DNA of 64,000 nt from Dehalococcoidia bacterium (GCA_029246995.1 JAQWMB010000019.1:3483-67482), one strand, 5' to 3'. Counted from the stretch's first letter, positions 9,686 through 21,364 are shown. Numbers and translations are program-made. The notes: a model not told the origin generated them from the sequence alone.

Positions 9686-12472
9686 TTATTGTGAATTTTC
9701 TAATTTAGTAATAATAGTTTTAATTTTTTCAATTTGACTCTCAACATCCTCTAATAAGCCTTGAGCTGTATCAATTAATTCTGATTTTGATTGAGAAATT
9801 TTTTCTGGCAATGATTCAGTTTTTTTCTCTGTATCATCAATTATTGATTTTTTTTCTTTTTCATTAGTATTTTTGGGACCTAAAACATTTGCTAACGCTG
9901 TTTCGAAGTCTTCAGCCATGGATATGCGATTTCCATTAGCAACTACTACTCTTACTAGTTGTGGTAACTTTCGAGTGGCTGCTTGTAAATAGATAGGTTC
10001 AACATAAAGTACAGAATTACCAATTGGTATCATTAACAAGTTCCCTCGTATGACTTCCGAGCCTGTTGAATCCCATAAAGTTAATTGTTGTGAAATACCA
10101 GGATCTTGATCAATTAATGCTTCAATTTGAGTAGGACCAGCAATTTGTTTTTCTGAAGGGAACCTATATGCACGCAATTTACCATAATTATCTCCATCAG
10201 ATCTTCCAGCAAGCCATGCAATTGTATTAGGCCTATTTTGAGGATTGAATGGCAATATTAATGCAAATTCTTCTGTTTTTTCACCAGGGAGAGTCATGAC
10301 AACATAATAAGGCTCAACGACTTGTTCTTTTTGCCTAAATCGTTCAGTTGGAACACTCCAGAAGTCTTCGCCAACAAAAAATATACTAGCATCTGTTACA
10401 TGATACTTTAAGTACATTTCTGATTGTAAACGAAAAAGTGTTTCTGGATATCTGACATGTTCCACTAATTCTGCAGGCATCATATCCGTATCTTTGAATA
10501 AAGTTGGAAACACTTTACTCCATGTTGCTGCAATAAAGTCGCTATCATCAAATAAATATAGATCAATATCGCCATTTTGTGCATTTGTGACAACCTTGAC
10601 GCTATTTCTCATATAGTTAACATCTGTACCATATCCTGAAGAATATGGGAATACGTTAGTATGTGTATATGCATCATGAATCCAAAATAATTCATTGTTA
10701 ATGATTACTGAATATGGATCGGGATCTAATTTTAAAAATGGAGCAATTTTATTGACTCTTTGAAAAATATTTCTATAAAGCAATAATCTTGAATCAGAAC
10801 CAAGTTGATCGGATATTAAGATGTTAACGTCTCCTAATTGCCAAGCAAGTGCACTTTTTTTAATAAAACTGTCTAGCTTAATTCCTTTGTCAGCTGCAAA
10901 TCTGGTTTGTTGATTTTTTCCTTCATCAAGAGGATAATCAAATTCATTTTCATTTGTTTTAGTTAATACATAATGATCTGTCAGTTCTCCAAAATATATT
11001 CGCGACCCATCAGTAGAGAGATTTAATTCTTCTGTAGTAGATTGTGGTGGAATATTGCTTGTTAATAAATCTGGAAGGCCTTCCTCATCAACAGAATTAA
11101 CAGGTGCTATTGCTGCTCCAAAACCATGCGTAAGTTGTAATCTTTCTCTTGTCCAATTTCTATCCGACGTGCTATTGATATCTAGCTCCCTGGAAGCAAC
11201 CATTACTGCACGTAATTTGCCGTCAATGGTATAACGATCGACATCTACATCAATAAATTGATAAAATGGCCGGATAGATTGAATTTCATTAAATGTGTCT
11301 TTTAATGGTCGTGGATCCAATATTCGAATATTATCAATTGTTTCTGGATAAGCTAGAACTTCTTCTTGTGATACAGTCCTATTTGCTGGAAAGTTTTGTT
11401 CCTCTATTTTATCTAATCCCCAGGCTTTTCTTGTGTAGTCTATATTTCTTTGAATATATACTTCTTCTTTTTGTAATTCATTCGGATCTACTGTAAATTG
11501 CTGAATAACTGAGGGGAGAATGCCTCCTCCTACAATACTTACAAATACCCAAAGGCCTATTAAAAATATTGGCAATTTAAAATTTGTAGTTAAAAAGGAA
11601 TTTAAAATTATTGCTATGCCGGTAAATAATGCAATGCCAGCTAAAATATATCTAACCGGTAATCCAACGGCAATATCAGTATATGTTGCACCATAAACTA
11701 TGCCAGTAGCACTAAATAGTATATTAAATATATTTAAAAAGATACCAGCTGCTATTGTGATGACTATCATGCCAACCAGCACAGAGATATGTCGTTTAAC
11801 AGATTGAGGAATTTCAGTAAAATTACCTGATGGATTAGATAAAAAATATATACCTAGAGAAAAAAATGTACTGAATAGTAATACACCTAAAAGCCATCCT
11901 TGAATAAATTTATAAGCTGGAAGTGTAAAAGTATAAAAAGCAATATCTCTATCAAACACTGGATCATTAAAACCAAATGGTACTGAATTTAAAAATTTGT
12001 ATAATGTATCCCAATTATTTGCTGCAGAGCTTCCAAACGTAATAGCAATAAATATCGCTATTGTAATAGTGATAATAGTAGAAATTTTAGTTATTGATGA
12101 TGTAAGCCCAAGCTGGTTCAAGATAGTATTTGATTTTTTTGTAACAGATAATCGTTTTGCCAGTAAAATATTCATTGCTAATATTAGTAGTGAAATGAAA
12201 AAACCGATAATAAATAATATTGTTTTCGCAGATAATACTGTTTTATAAATTGATAAATATGATGCTTGTAAGAAAGAATCTGTTGCAGAAAACCACAGCC
12301 AGTTTACATATATTTCTTTCAATGCACCAAGTACAAACAAGGATATTAAAATAAAGACAGCAGTTACAACAAACTTAATTGGAATGTTTGGAAGCGACAG
12401 GCCTTGCCCATTGAAAGAAAAAACGTCTTCACGATCATCTTTGTTTGAATTTCCAAAATCAAAATAACCCAT
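9686..12472 (-). CDS. UPF0182 family large integral membrane protein
   Basis: 928 aa. About 7 N-terminal TM helices are followed by a roughly 600-aa soluble domain. Motifs I associate with UPF0182 are present (RNIDYTRKAWGL, LTHGFG, YVEPIYLQA). The family call is from memory and is not searched. Confidence 0.7.
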   Translation of the reverse strand: MGYFDFGNSNKDDREDVFSFNGQGLSLPNIPIKFVVTAVFILISLFVLGALKEIYVNWLWFSATDSFLQASYLSIYKTVLSAKTILFIIGFFISLLILAMNILLAKRLSVTKKSNTILNQLGLTSSITKISTIITITIAIFIAITFGSSAANNWDTLYKFLNSVPFGFNDPVFDRDIAFYTFTLPAYKFIQGWLLGVLLFSTFFSLGIYFLSNPSGNFTEIPQSVKRHISVLVGMIVITIAAGIFLNIFNILFSATGIVYGATYTDIAVGLPVRYILAGIALFTGIAIILNSFLTTNFKLPIFLIGLWVFVSIVGGGILPSVIQQFTVDPNELQKEEVYIQRNIDYTRKAWGLDKIEEQNFPANRTVSQEEVLAYPETIDNIRILDPRPLKDTFNEIQSIRPFYQFIDVDVDRYTIDGKLRAVMVASRELDINSTSDRNWTRERLQLTHGFGAAIAPVNSVDEEGLPDLLTSNIPPQSTTEELNLSTDGSRIYFGELTDHYVLTKTNENEFDYPLDEGKNQQTRFAADKGIKLDSFIKKSALAWQLGDVNILISDQLGSDSRLLLYRNIFQRVNKIAPFLKLDPDPYSVIINNELFWIHDAYTHTNVFPYSSGYGTDVNYMRNSVKVVTNAQNGDIDLYLFDDSDFIAATWSKVFPTLFKDTDMMPAELVEHVRYPETLFRLQSEMYLKYHVTDASIFFVGEDFWSVPTERFRQKEQVVEPYYVVMTLPGEKTEEFALILPFNPQNRPNTIAWLAGRSDGDNYGKLRAYRFPSEKQIAGPTQIEALIDQDPGISQQLTLWDSTGSEVIRGNLLMIPIGNSVLYVEPIYLQAATRKLPQLVRVVVANGNRISMAEDFETALANVLGPKNTNEKEKKSIIDDTEKKTESLPEKISQSKSELIDTAQGLLEDVESQIEKIKTIITKLENSQ

Positions 12473-12488
12473 TTAGATTCTCCCTAAA

Positions 12489-13283
12489 CTAATCAATTCT
12501 TGTACCTTTGTCTTTATTCATTAATATATCATCAAGGATACCTATGTGGTTGCCATTTGCAATATGACATGAAATTCCTAGTTCCGCTGCTTTTAGTGCA
12601 CTAGTCACCTTTGGAATCATGCCTTCAATTATAATTTTCTTTTCTATTAGTTCTTTTGCTTTTTGAGAACTTAAATTATTAATAATTGTTCCATTGCTAT
12701 CTTTGACTCCATCTACATCAGATAAAAGTATACACTTATCTGCATTGATTGCAATGGCAATTGCAATGGCAGCAGTATCCGCATTCACATTTAAGATGCT
12801 ACCTTTATCATTTACAGATAATGCTACTGGAGATATCACTGGTAAATAATTATTTTTAATCAATATTTCAATAATTTTTTTATTTACTTTTTTAATTTCT
12901 CCGACGTTACCTATCGGCTCATTAATTTTTTCTGCAAAGAGTAAATTGCCATCTACTCCAGATAAACCGATTGCATCAATCTGATGTTTTGCAAAATTTG
13001 CTACAATATTTTTATTTGTTGTACCTGCAAGAGCACCAATCACTATGCTTAAAGTTTGGTTATCAGTTACGCGAAGACCATTAATAAATTCAGTTTTTTT
13101 ATTCATATCATTTAGCCAGCCAGAGATCAAATTACCACCACCATGGACAATAATTATTTGATTGCCACTATTTGTAATATTAGCAATTTCTCTGATTATT
13201 TTTTTATAATCATTTGATGTAGACCCGCCTATCTTTATAACAATTTTTTTTGACATAGGCTTAATTATACTTTCTTTAAACAT
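12489..13283 (-). CDS. argB: acetylglutamate kinase
   Basis: 264 aa with VIKIGGS and IIIVHGGG motifs. Sits within the arg operon. Confidence 0.9.
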   Translation of the reverse strand: MFKESIIKPMSKKIVIKIGGSTSNDYKKIIREIANITNSGNQIIIVHGGGNLISGWLNDMNKKTEFINGLRVTDNQTLSIVIGALAGTTNKNIVANFAKHQIDAIGLSGVDGNLLFAEKINEPIGNVGEIKKVNKKIIEILIKNNYLPVISPVALSVNDKGSILNVNADTAAIAIAIAINADKCILLSDVDGVKDSNGTIINNLSSQKAKELIEKKIIIEGMIPKVTSALKAAELGISCHIANGNHIGILDDILMNKDKGTRID

Positions 13284-13299
13284 TAAATTCGTTTGTTGT

Positions 13300-14529
13300 T
13301 TAAGTTGTCATCTCGCTATTAATTTTTACATATTCTTCGGTTAAGTCACAACCCCAAGCAATTGCAGATGCATTTCCTTCATGCAAGCTAATAGTTATAG
13401 TCACTGTATCTTCATTCATAGCGCTAATTGCTAATTCTGAATTATTTGTAATTGGTATACCTTTTTCATATACAATTATCTCACCAATTTTTATTGATAT
13501 TTTTTGCTCATTTAATTGCGGGAGTGTATTTCCAAGTGCTGTAATAATTCTTCCACAATTAGGGTCTTTACCTTTTACCATAGTTTTTATTAAAATTGAT
13601 GAAATTACTGATCTAGCAGAATTCTTTGCAATATTTATATCACTTGCAGATTCAATTTTTGCTTCAATAAGTTTTGTTGCACCTTCTCCGTCTCTTGCAA
13701 TTTCTTTTGCAAGGAATTCACAAATTATATAGAGCCCTTCCTTAAATGCACTAGAAGCATAATGTCCTTCATTAATGATATTTTTATTTGCACTAGATTG
13801 AGATATCAGCATAACCATGTCGCAAGGCGAAGTATCCATATCTATATCAATCATATTAAATGTATCATTAGTAATTTCAGATAAAATTTTATCTGCCCAT
13901 TTTTTCTCAATGTTTAAATCAGTAGTGATGAACGCAAGCATAGTTGCAAGATTGGGATGGATCATTCCTGCTCCCTTTGCTGCACCTCCTATAATGAAAA
14001 CTTCATCATTAATTTGTATCTCAACAGCTATTTCTTTATTTCTAGTATCTGTAGTAAGAATTGCATTACTAAAATCACTCCCATTATTTTTTTGTAATTG
14101 AAGTTTCTTAATGCCATTTTTAATTTTTTCAATTGGAAGTTCTATACCAATGATTCCAGTAGAGGCAATGCAGACTTCTGAGGGATTAATTGTGAGTTTT
14201 TTACTGACACTATCGGCAATTATCCTTGCGTGCTCTAATCCAATATTACCTACGGCAGTATTTGCATTACCAGAATTGACTATAATTGCTTTAAAATTAT
14301 TATTTTTTTGGAGTATGTCTCTCGTCCACTTGAGTGATTCGCCGTTCAGTTTATTCTGTGTAAAAAGAGCTGATATGCTGCATGGCGAATCACTATAAAG
14401 TAAGCCTAGATCTAATGAGTCATTTTTTTTGATACCACATGCAACAGCACTTGAATAAAAACCATTCGGTGATGCAATGGTTCCATCTTTGATGATATTT
14501 ATTTTGTGTTCATAGAATTGATTACTCAT
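13300..14529 (-). CDS. argJ: bifunctional ornithine acetyltransferase / N-acetylglutamate synthase
   Basis: 409 aa with the autoproteolytic site motif PNLATMLAFITTD. Confidence 0.92.
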   Translation of the reverse strand: MSNQFYEHKINIIKDGTIASPNGFYSSAVACGIKKNDSLDLGLLYSDSPCSISALFTQNKLNGESLKWTRDILQKNNNFKAIIVNSGNANTAVGNIGLEHARIIADSVSKKLTINPSEVCIASTGIIGIELPIEKIKNGIKKLQLQKNNGSDFSNAILTTDTRNKEIAVEIQINDEVFIIGGAAKGAGMIHPNLATMLAFITTDLNIEKKWADKILSEITNDTFNMIDIDMDTSPCDMVMLISQSSANKNIINEGHYASSAFKEGLYIICEFLAKEIARDGEGATKLIEAKIESASDINIAKNSARSVISSILIKTMVKGKDPNCGRIITALGNTLPQLNEQKISIKIGEIIVYEKGIPITNNSELAISAMNEDTVTITISLHEGNASAIAWGCDLTEEYVKINSEMTT

Positions 14530-14598
14530 ACTAGTCTTTCCTTACTAAAATAATAACGTTAATTTAAGTTATATATGAATATGTAAATCGAGATATTT

Positions 14599-15261
14599 TC
14601 AAATTGAATTCGTAACATCATTTTTTTTACATAGTTTGTTAATAGAACATTTACTGCATATTGGCTTTTTTGCATTACAAATTTTTCTTCCATGTTCAAT
14701 AAAACTTAAATGGAATAAACCATATTCCTGTTTTTTCATCATAGATTCTAATTCATTTTGCACTTCAGTATAATTTAATTTATTTTCTACTAATCCAATT
14801 CTTTTAGCAATTCTTTCAACATGGGTATCAACTGGAATAAATGGAATTCCGTATGCAAATAATAAAACACATGATGCAGTCTTGGAACCAACGCCGGGTA
14901 AATTTATTAGCCAATCTAAAGCATCTGATGTTTTCATTTTTTTTAGAAATGATAGATTATAATTACTATTTTGTTCTTTAACTATTCGTAAGACTTTTTT
15001 AATTGTTTTTGATTTTGTATTTGACATACCTCCTATTTGTATTTGTTGTTTTATTTGCTTGTCCTCTGCCTGCAATACTTGATCCCAATTACTAAATTGT
15101 GATAAGAGTTTTGCAAACGCTTGCCCTGAATTTCTATCAGCAGTATTTTGTGACAATATTGTCAAAATTAATTCACTAATTCCATCACCATGTGGACGGT
15201 TTCTTTTTAATGAGTATTCTTTTTTTAAGCTTTTTAATATTAGTGTTGTCAGTTTGGTCAT
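14599..15261 (-). CDS. nth: endonuclease III
   Basis: 220 aa with an HhH-GPD segment (LPGVGSKTASCVLLFAYG) and a C-terminal 4Fe-4S loop, C-x6-C-x2-C-x5-C (CNAKKPICSKCSINKLC). Confidence 0.9.
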   Translation of the reverse strand: MTKLTTLILKSLKKEYSLKRNRPHGDGISELILTILSQNTADRNSGQAFAKLLSQFSNWDQVLQAEDKQIKQQIQIGGMSNTKSKTIKKVLRIVKEQNSNYNLSFLKKMKTSDALDWLINLPGVGSKTASCVLLFAYGIPFIPVDTHVERIAKRIGLVENKLNYTEVQNELESMMKKQEYGLFHLSFIEHGRKICNAKKPICSKCSINKLCKKNDVTNSI

Positions 15262-15359
15262 TAGGCTACTATTTAATAATTTTTTTATATTTATATAACA
15301 CTCTATTTAAATAAATATATAATATTTCTAACAAAAATTATTCTGAAATTAAAAAACTT

Positions 15360-16400
15360 ATGAACCAAGGAAAAAAAATTCGTCTTTCTTCATTTGCAAA
15401 TTGTGCTGGTTGAGGAGGTAAGTTAAGTCATAAGACTCTTGAACAGGTTTTGTCCAAGCTCAATGTAAATGAATCAGATGAAGTACTCGTAAGTAGCAGT
15501 ACATTTGATGATGCTGCTGTCGTTAAGATTAGTGATAATATTGCTATGGTTCAGACAGTTGATTTCTTTCCTCCAGTAGTCGATGATCCATATCTTTATG
15601 GTAAAATTTCAGCTGTTAATGCATTGTCAGATATTTATTGCATGGGGGCAAAACCAATTACTGCTTTAAATATTTTTGCTGTTCCAGAAGATCTAGACGA
15701 AAAATACATTACAGAAATTTTACAAGGTGGCAATGATGCCGTTGAAGATGCTGGTGCAGCAATAGTTGGTGGGCATACTATTATAGATAAAGAGCCAAAA
15801 TATGGATTAAGCGTTACAGGTATTATAGATCCTAATAACGTAGTGACTTCTAGTGGTGCGTTAGTTGGCGATGATATTATTCTTACAAAAAAAATTGGCA
15901 CAGGAATTTATTTAACTGCTTTTCAAGATGATCAATTAAAAGAGAATGAATATGATGAGTTAATTGCTTCAATGGTTCATTCGAATAAAAAAGCTTCTGA
16001 AATTGCAATATCACACAATGTACATGCAATGACTGATGTCACTGGTTTTGGTCTCTTGGGTCATTTGAGTAATGTAGCCAATGCAAGTAAAGTCGCTATT
16101 AGAATCAATAGTAAAAATATTCCAGTATTTAATAATTTTGAATCGTTAGTATTTCAAGGAGTTACTACTGGTGGTTTTGTTAGAAATTATGAAAGTTTTA
16201 ATCAAAATATATTCAATTTATCAAACATGAATACTCTTGCTCAAATGACTTTATTAGATCCACAAACTTCTGGTGGATTATTGCTTTTTGTAGATAGCAA
16301 TAAGACAAAAAATATATGTGAGGATCTTAAAAAAGCAGGGGAACATGCATTTATAATAGGAAAAGTAATTGAAAAAAATAAAAGCCTCATTGAGTTATGA
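15360..16400 (+). CDS. selD: selenophosphate synthetase, selenocysteine-containing (in-frame TGA at 15411-15413)
   Basis: The track ORF starts at TTG 15450. The frame is open from ATG 15360 if TGA 15411 is decoded, giving MNQGKKIRLSSFANCAG-U-GGKLSHKTLEQVL. This matches the SelD glycine-rich loop, with Sec at the Cys17-equivalent position and Lys at +3. Downstream SelD/AIR-synthase-like motifs are DDAAV, DFFPPVVDDPYLYGKISAVNALSDIYCMG and VGGHT. Confidence 0.9.
15422..15458 (+). promoter_or_regulatory. candidate bacterial SECIS region downstream of the selD UGA
   Basis: There are two alternative imperfect hairpins. One is 15422-15444 (core GUC/GAC-type stem with an AUAA loop and bulges). The other is 15438-15458 (CUUGAAC / GUCCAAG with one mismatch and loop AGGUUUU). 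I did no folding energy calculation. Confidence 0.35.
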
Positions 16401-16434
16401 GGCTTTTATTTTAACTATATAATTATATAGTTTT

Positions 16435-16436
<2 letters not shown>
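16381..16436. terminator. bidirectional Rho-independent terminator between convergent selD and groEL
   Basis: AAAGCCTCA-ttgagtta-TGAGGCTTT (16381-16406) is followed by a T-run on the plus strand and an A-run reads as a T-run on the minus strand. A second perfect 20-nt palindrome, AACTATATAATTATATAGTT (16413-16432), is followed by TTTT. Confidence 0.75.
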
Positions 16437-18117
<1,681 letters not shown>

Positions 18118-18153
18118 CTAAACTAATGAGCTTTTAGCTCAGTTTGACTTATT

Positions 18154-18180
18154 TTAGCAGTCTTTTCTTCAGACTGCTAA
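18154..18180 (-). promoter_or_regulatory. CIRCE-like HrcA operator upstream of groEL
   Basis: TTAGCAGTC-N9-GACTGCTAA is a perfect 9-bp inverted repeat with a 9-nt spacer. The CIRCE consensus is TTAGCACTC-N9-GAGTGCTAA. It lies 52-78 nt upstream of the groEL start. Confidence 0.8.
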
Positions 18181-18245
18181 AATAGTTTCTTGAATCAATC
18201 AATCTAGCGCAAGGGGTAGGATTGTTTTTTTTTGAATTATTTAAA

Positions 18246-18575
18246 TCATAATTTTTTTACTGCATTGATTGGCCAGTATCTAAAAACTGGCTTTCCAATA
18301 ATTTCTTCATTATTAATAGTGCCAAAATTACGACTATCTATGCTGTCGTCTTGGTTATCACCCATTACGAAATACCGATTGATCCCTTTTTCAGATGATA
18401 TTGTAGCCACTCTTTTAATGAATATTTCATTTTGTTTATAAAAAACAATGATATCATCTTCATTTATTTGCATTTTATGACTAAATTTTCGAATAATTAA
18501 CCAATCACCATCGTTTATTGATGGCTCCATTGAATGCCCTGCAATTTTTACTGTGCTATAGCTCAAATCAATCAA
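18246..18575 (-). CDS. sodX: S26-type signal-peptidase-like protease SodX (NiSOD maturation protease)
   Basis: 109 aa with the catalytic Ser motif GHSMEP, a later Lys (FIKRV) and GDNQDDSIDSR. It is immediately downstream of sodN. The start is TTG. Confidence 0.8.
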   Translation of the reverse strand: MIDLSYSTVKIAGHSMEPSINDGDWLIIRKFSHKMQINEDDIIVFYKQNEIFIKRVATISSEKGINRYFVMGDNQDDSIDSRNFGTINNEEIIGKPVFRYWPINAVKKL

Positions 18576-18601
18576 TCTACAAAACTAAGGTTATATTTAC
18601 T

Positions 18602-19036
18602 TTATTTTTTTGTATCCCAAAATATTTTTGCAAATTCAGCAACCTGTTCTCTTAGTTTTTTTGCATCTTCGAGACTAGTGCCTACTCTACATGCAGAAGC
18701 TGTTTTTAAAATGTTCCATGTTTTATCATGAATATCTGGATATTGTTCTAAATGTGGAGGTTTAAAATAGTCACCCCATATGATTCTTACTTCATGCTTT
18801 ACAATTTCAGCATGTTTCTCTTTAACATCTACATAACGAGCCATAGAATTAAGAGCATCTTTAGAGTTAGTTTCTTCTAGATCAGCTATTAATGACATCA
18901 TTTTTTCAACAGTTTCTGCTGCTGTTTCTGCTGCTTTTGGATCATAAATCCCACAAGGTATGTCACAATGAGCAAAAGCAGTTTCCCTAGGAATAAAATT
19001 TAGTTTAATTTTATTAAATAGATTATTATTTTTCAT
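18602..19036 (-). CDS. sodN: nickel-containing superoxide dismutase precursor
   Basis: 144 aa. The Ni-hook HCDIPCGIYDP follows a 22-aa propeptide (..ETAFA|HCD..). Confidence 0.93.
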   Translation of the reverse strand: MKNNNLFNKIKLNFIPRETAFAHCDIPCGIYDPKAAETAAETVEKMMSLIADLEETNSKDALNSMARYVDVKEKHAEIVKHEVRIIWGDYFKPPHLEQYPDIHDKTWNILKTASACRVGTSLEDAKKLREQVAEFAKIFWDTKK

Positions 19037-19177
19037 ATTGCCTCCAGTATAATTATTTCACAAATGAATATTGCCTTTCTAATATATATAAATTGTTAAA
19101 TTAATATCAATTCATTATGATTAATTTATTCTAAATTTATTCATTCGTTATATTATATTTTAAGTTAAGGAGTACAA

Positions 19178-19489
19178 ATGCGAAGACATATATATAATTT
19201 TAATTTTAAAGATGATGTTAGTGATGAACAGTATAGTGAGATTTATTCTGCTTTTGAGGATGAGTTTAATGCAAATCCAGGCATGATACATTTTTCAATG
19301 GGTAAAAATATCTCTGAATCTAAAAGACCAATGAAATTCAATACAATTATGACTATGGATTTTGAAGATTATAAATCTTTTAGAGACTATGAAGATAATG
19401 ATAATCATCAAGCTATAAAATTATTGTTACATGAAGCTATTGATGGAATTATGGGTACTGATTATGATATTGGGAATACGCCAAAATAA
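19178..19489 (+). CDS. Dabb (stress-responsive alpha/beta barrel) domain protein
   Basis: 103 aa with a ferredoxin-like Dabb pattern: H..NF.FKDDV at the N-terminus, F.DYKSFRDYEDNDNHQA, and a C-terminal DYDI. Confidence 0.6.
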   Translation: MRRHIYNFNFKDDVSDEQYSEIYSAFEDEFNANPGMIHFSMGKNISESKRPMKFNTIMTMDFEDYKSFRDYEDNDNHQAIKLLLHEAIDGIMGTDYDIGNTPK

Positions 19490-19504
19490 AGAATAAATAC
19501 TACG

Positions 19505-20128
19505 TTAAGTTTTGAATAATTCTTCAAGTTCGACACGAATTGGATCGTTTTCTGGTAAATATTTTGAGAAATCACCTGTTGGTTCAGATCTTTCTCGCTC
19601 ACCAGTTTTTTCATATTCTTTGATTCTTTCTTGAAGTAGCATTAATCCTTGAAGAAGAGACTCTGGTCTTGGCGGACAACCAGGTACATATACATCTACG
19701 GGATTGATGAGATTAACACCAGGTAATACGGAATAAGCGTATGCAAATGGGCCACCCATAGTTGCACACCCTCCCATTGAAATTACCCATTTAGGATCTG
19801 CCATTTGCATATATATTCTTCTTACTACAGGCGCCATTTTCCAAGTCACTGTTCCAGCAACAATCATTAAATCTGCCTGTCTTGGAGATGCTCGAAAAAC
19901 TTCTGATCCAAATCTAGCGATATCATATCGTGACGACGCAGATGCAATCATTTCTATAGCACAGCATGCTAAACCAAATGTCACAGGCCATAATGAAGAC
20001 GAGCGCGCCCATTTCACGATATTATCTACAGAAGTTAATAAAACATTTTTTCTAACTTCTTCTTCGATGGCTTCGTTGATTCCATCATTTATTCCAGGTA
20101 AAGCTATGTCAGTCATAATTTTTTCCAT
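19505..20128 (-). CDS. nuoB: NADH-quinone oxidoreductase subunit B (NuoB/PSST-like 4Fe-4S protein), with no other nuo genes adjacent
   Basis: 207 aa with [20 protein letters not shown] and VPGCPPRPE, which are the N2-cluster cysteines. Confidence 0.88.
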   Translation of the reverse strand: MEKIMTDIALPGINDGINEAIEEEVRKNVLLTSVDNIVKWARSSSLWPVTFGLACCAIEMIASASSRYDIARFGSEVFRASPRQADLMIVAGTVTWKMAPVVRRIYMQMADPKWVISMGGCATMGGPFAYAYSVLPGVNLINPVDVYVPGCPPRPESLLQGLMLLQERIKEYEKTGERERSEPTGDFSKYLPENDPIRVELEELFKT

Positions 20129-20146
20129 TCAAATCATAATCACAAT

Positions 20147-21364
20147 TTAGTTATTAAGCCATTCACTTTCTATTTTTTTGAACTGTTTTTTTTGTGAAGA
20201 CATCGAACGTAAATTTTTAATTATGGAAGGTAATATTTGTAGGAAATCATTTATATCTTTTTCGTTATTCATTCTACCAATACTTAATCTTAACGAACCT
20301 CTTGCTAGTTCATTAGGTATACCCATGGCTGTTAAAACATGACTTGGTTCAATTGATCCAGTAGAACAAGCAGAACCTGATGATGCTGATACCCCCTGAA
20401 TATCTAAGGCAAGCAAGATAGATTCACCTTCTACGCCATCTACAAGCATTGAGAGCATTCCGGGTATTCTTTGCTGAATTTTTTTTGGGCCTGTAAAACC
20501 AATGTCAGGTATGGATTTTTTTAATCCATTTTGTAACTGTTCAAATAATAGTTGATCGCGCTCTATATCTTTTTGTCTGTTATTTACACTAATTTCCATT
20601 GCTTTCGATAAACCTATGATGGCAGCTAAATTTTCAGTACCTGCTCGGATATTGTTCTCTTGACCGCCACCAAGAATTTGTGGAACTATTTTTACTCCAT
20701 TTTTAATGTACAAAACACCACAACCTCTCGGTCCATAAAATTTGTGACCAGTTAATGTTAATAAATCAACTCCTAAATTTTTTACATCAATGTCATAATG
20801 TGCAACATATTGTACTGAGTCAGAATGAAATATTATATCTGGACGTTTGGATTTTACCTTATCTACAATTTCTTTAATATTATTAATTGCGCCAACCTCG
20901 TTATTTGCATGCATTATAGATATGAGTTTTGTATCTTTTTTTATACTTTTAATGACTTCATCTGAATGAATAATTCCTTCTTTATCTGGCGAAATTGTTG
21001 AAAAAGTTATTTTATTTTGATGGGATAACAATTCTATGGGATCGATAACAGCATGATGTTCAGTTGCACTAGTCAATATATGCACCGGAACATTTAGGTG
21101 CATGTCAATGATGCCTTTAATAGCAAGGTTGTTAGATTCAGATCCTCCTGAAGTAAAATATATTTCTTCAGATTTTGCTCCAATCATTTTTGCAATACTC
21201 ATTCTTGCCTCATCAATCACACGTGCAGCTTTTTGACCTTCAAAATAGATTGAAGATGGATTGTGCCAATTGCTTATAAAGAAATTTTGCATTTCGTCGA
21301 TTACAAATCTATCTACAGGTGTAGTAGCTGCATGGTCAAGATAAATTCTTTGGTTTGTTGACAT
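20147..21364 (-). CDS. cysteine desulfurase, class I (NifS/IscS type)
   Basis: 405 aa with LDHAATTP, the PLP-Lys motif LTGHKFYGPRG, and the active-site loop SSGSACSTGSIEPSHVL. Confidence 0.9.
   Translation of the reverse strand: MSTNQRIYLDHAATTPVDRFVIDEMQNFFISNWHNPSSIYFEGQKAARVIDEARMSIAKMIGAKSEEIYFTSGGSESNNLAIKGIIDMHLNVPVHILTSATEHHAVIDPIELLSHQNKITFSTISPDKEGIIHSDEVIKSIKKDTKLISIMHANNEVGAINNIKEIVDKVKSKRPDIIFHSDSVQYVAHYDIDVKNLGVDLLTLTGHKFYGPRGCGVLYIKNGVKIVPQILGGGQENNIRAGTENLAAIIGLSKAMEISVNNRQKDIERDQLLFEQLQNGLKKSIPDIGFTGPKKIQQRIPGMLSMLVDGVEGESILLALDIQGVSASSGSACSTGSIEPSHVLTAMGIPNELARGSLRLSIGRMNNEKDINDFLQILPSIIKNLRSMSSQKKQFKKIESEWLNN

Noticed and set aside
14530-14598. A possible ArgR/AhrC operator upstream of argJ (TGAAT/ATTCA-like words and a TAACGTTA palindrome).
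   Set aside because: The matches to the ARG-box consensus are partial in very AT-rich DNA. No argR gene is visible in the window, so I cannot tell this apart from chance.
18131-18150. TAGCTCAGTT, resembling a tRNA D-arm, in the groEL upstream region.
   Set aside because: I could build no acceptor stem, anticodon arm or T-arm (GTTCRANNC) from the flanking sequence. The region is better explained as the groEL 5' UTR next to CIRCE.
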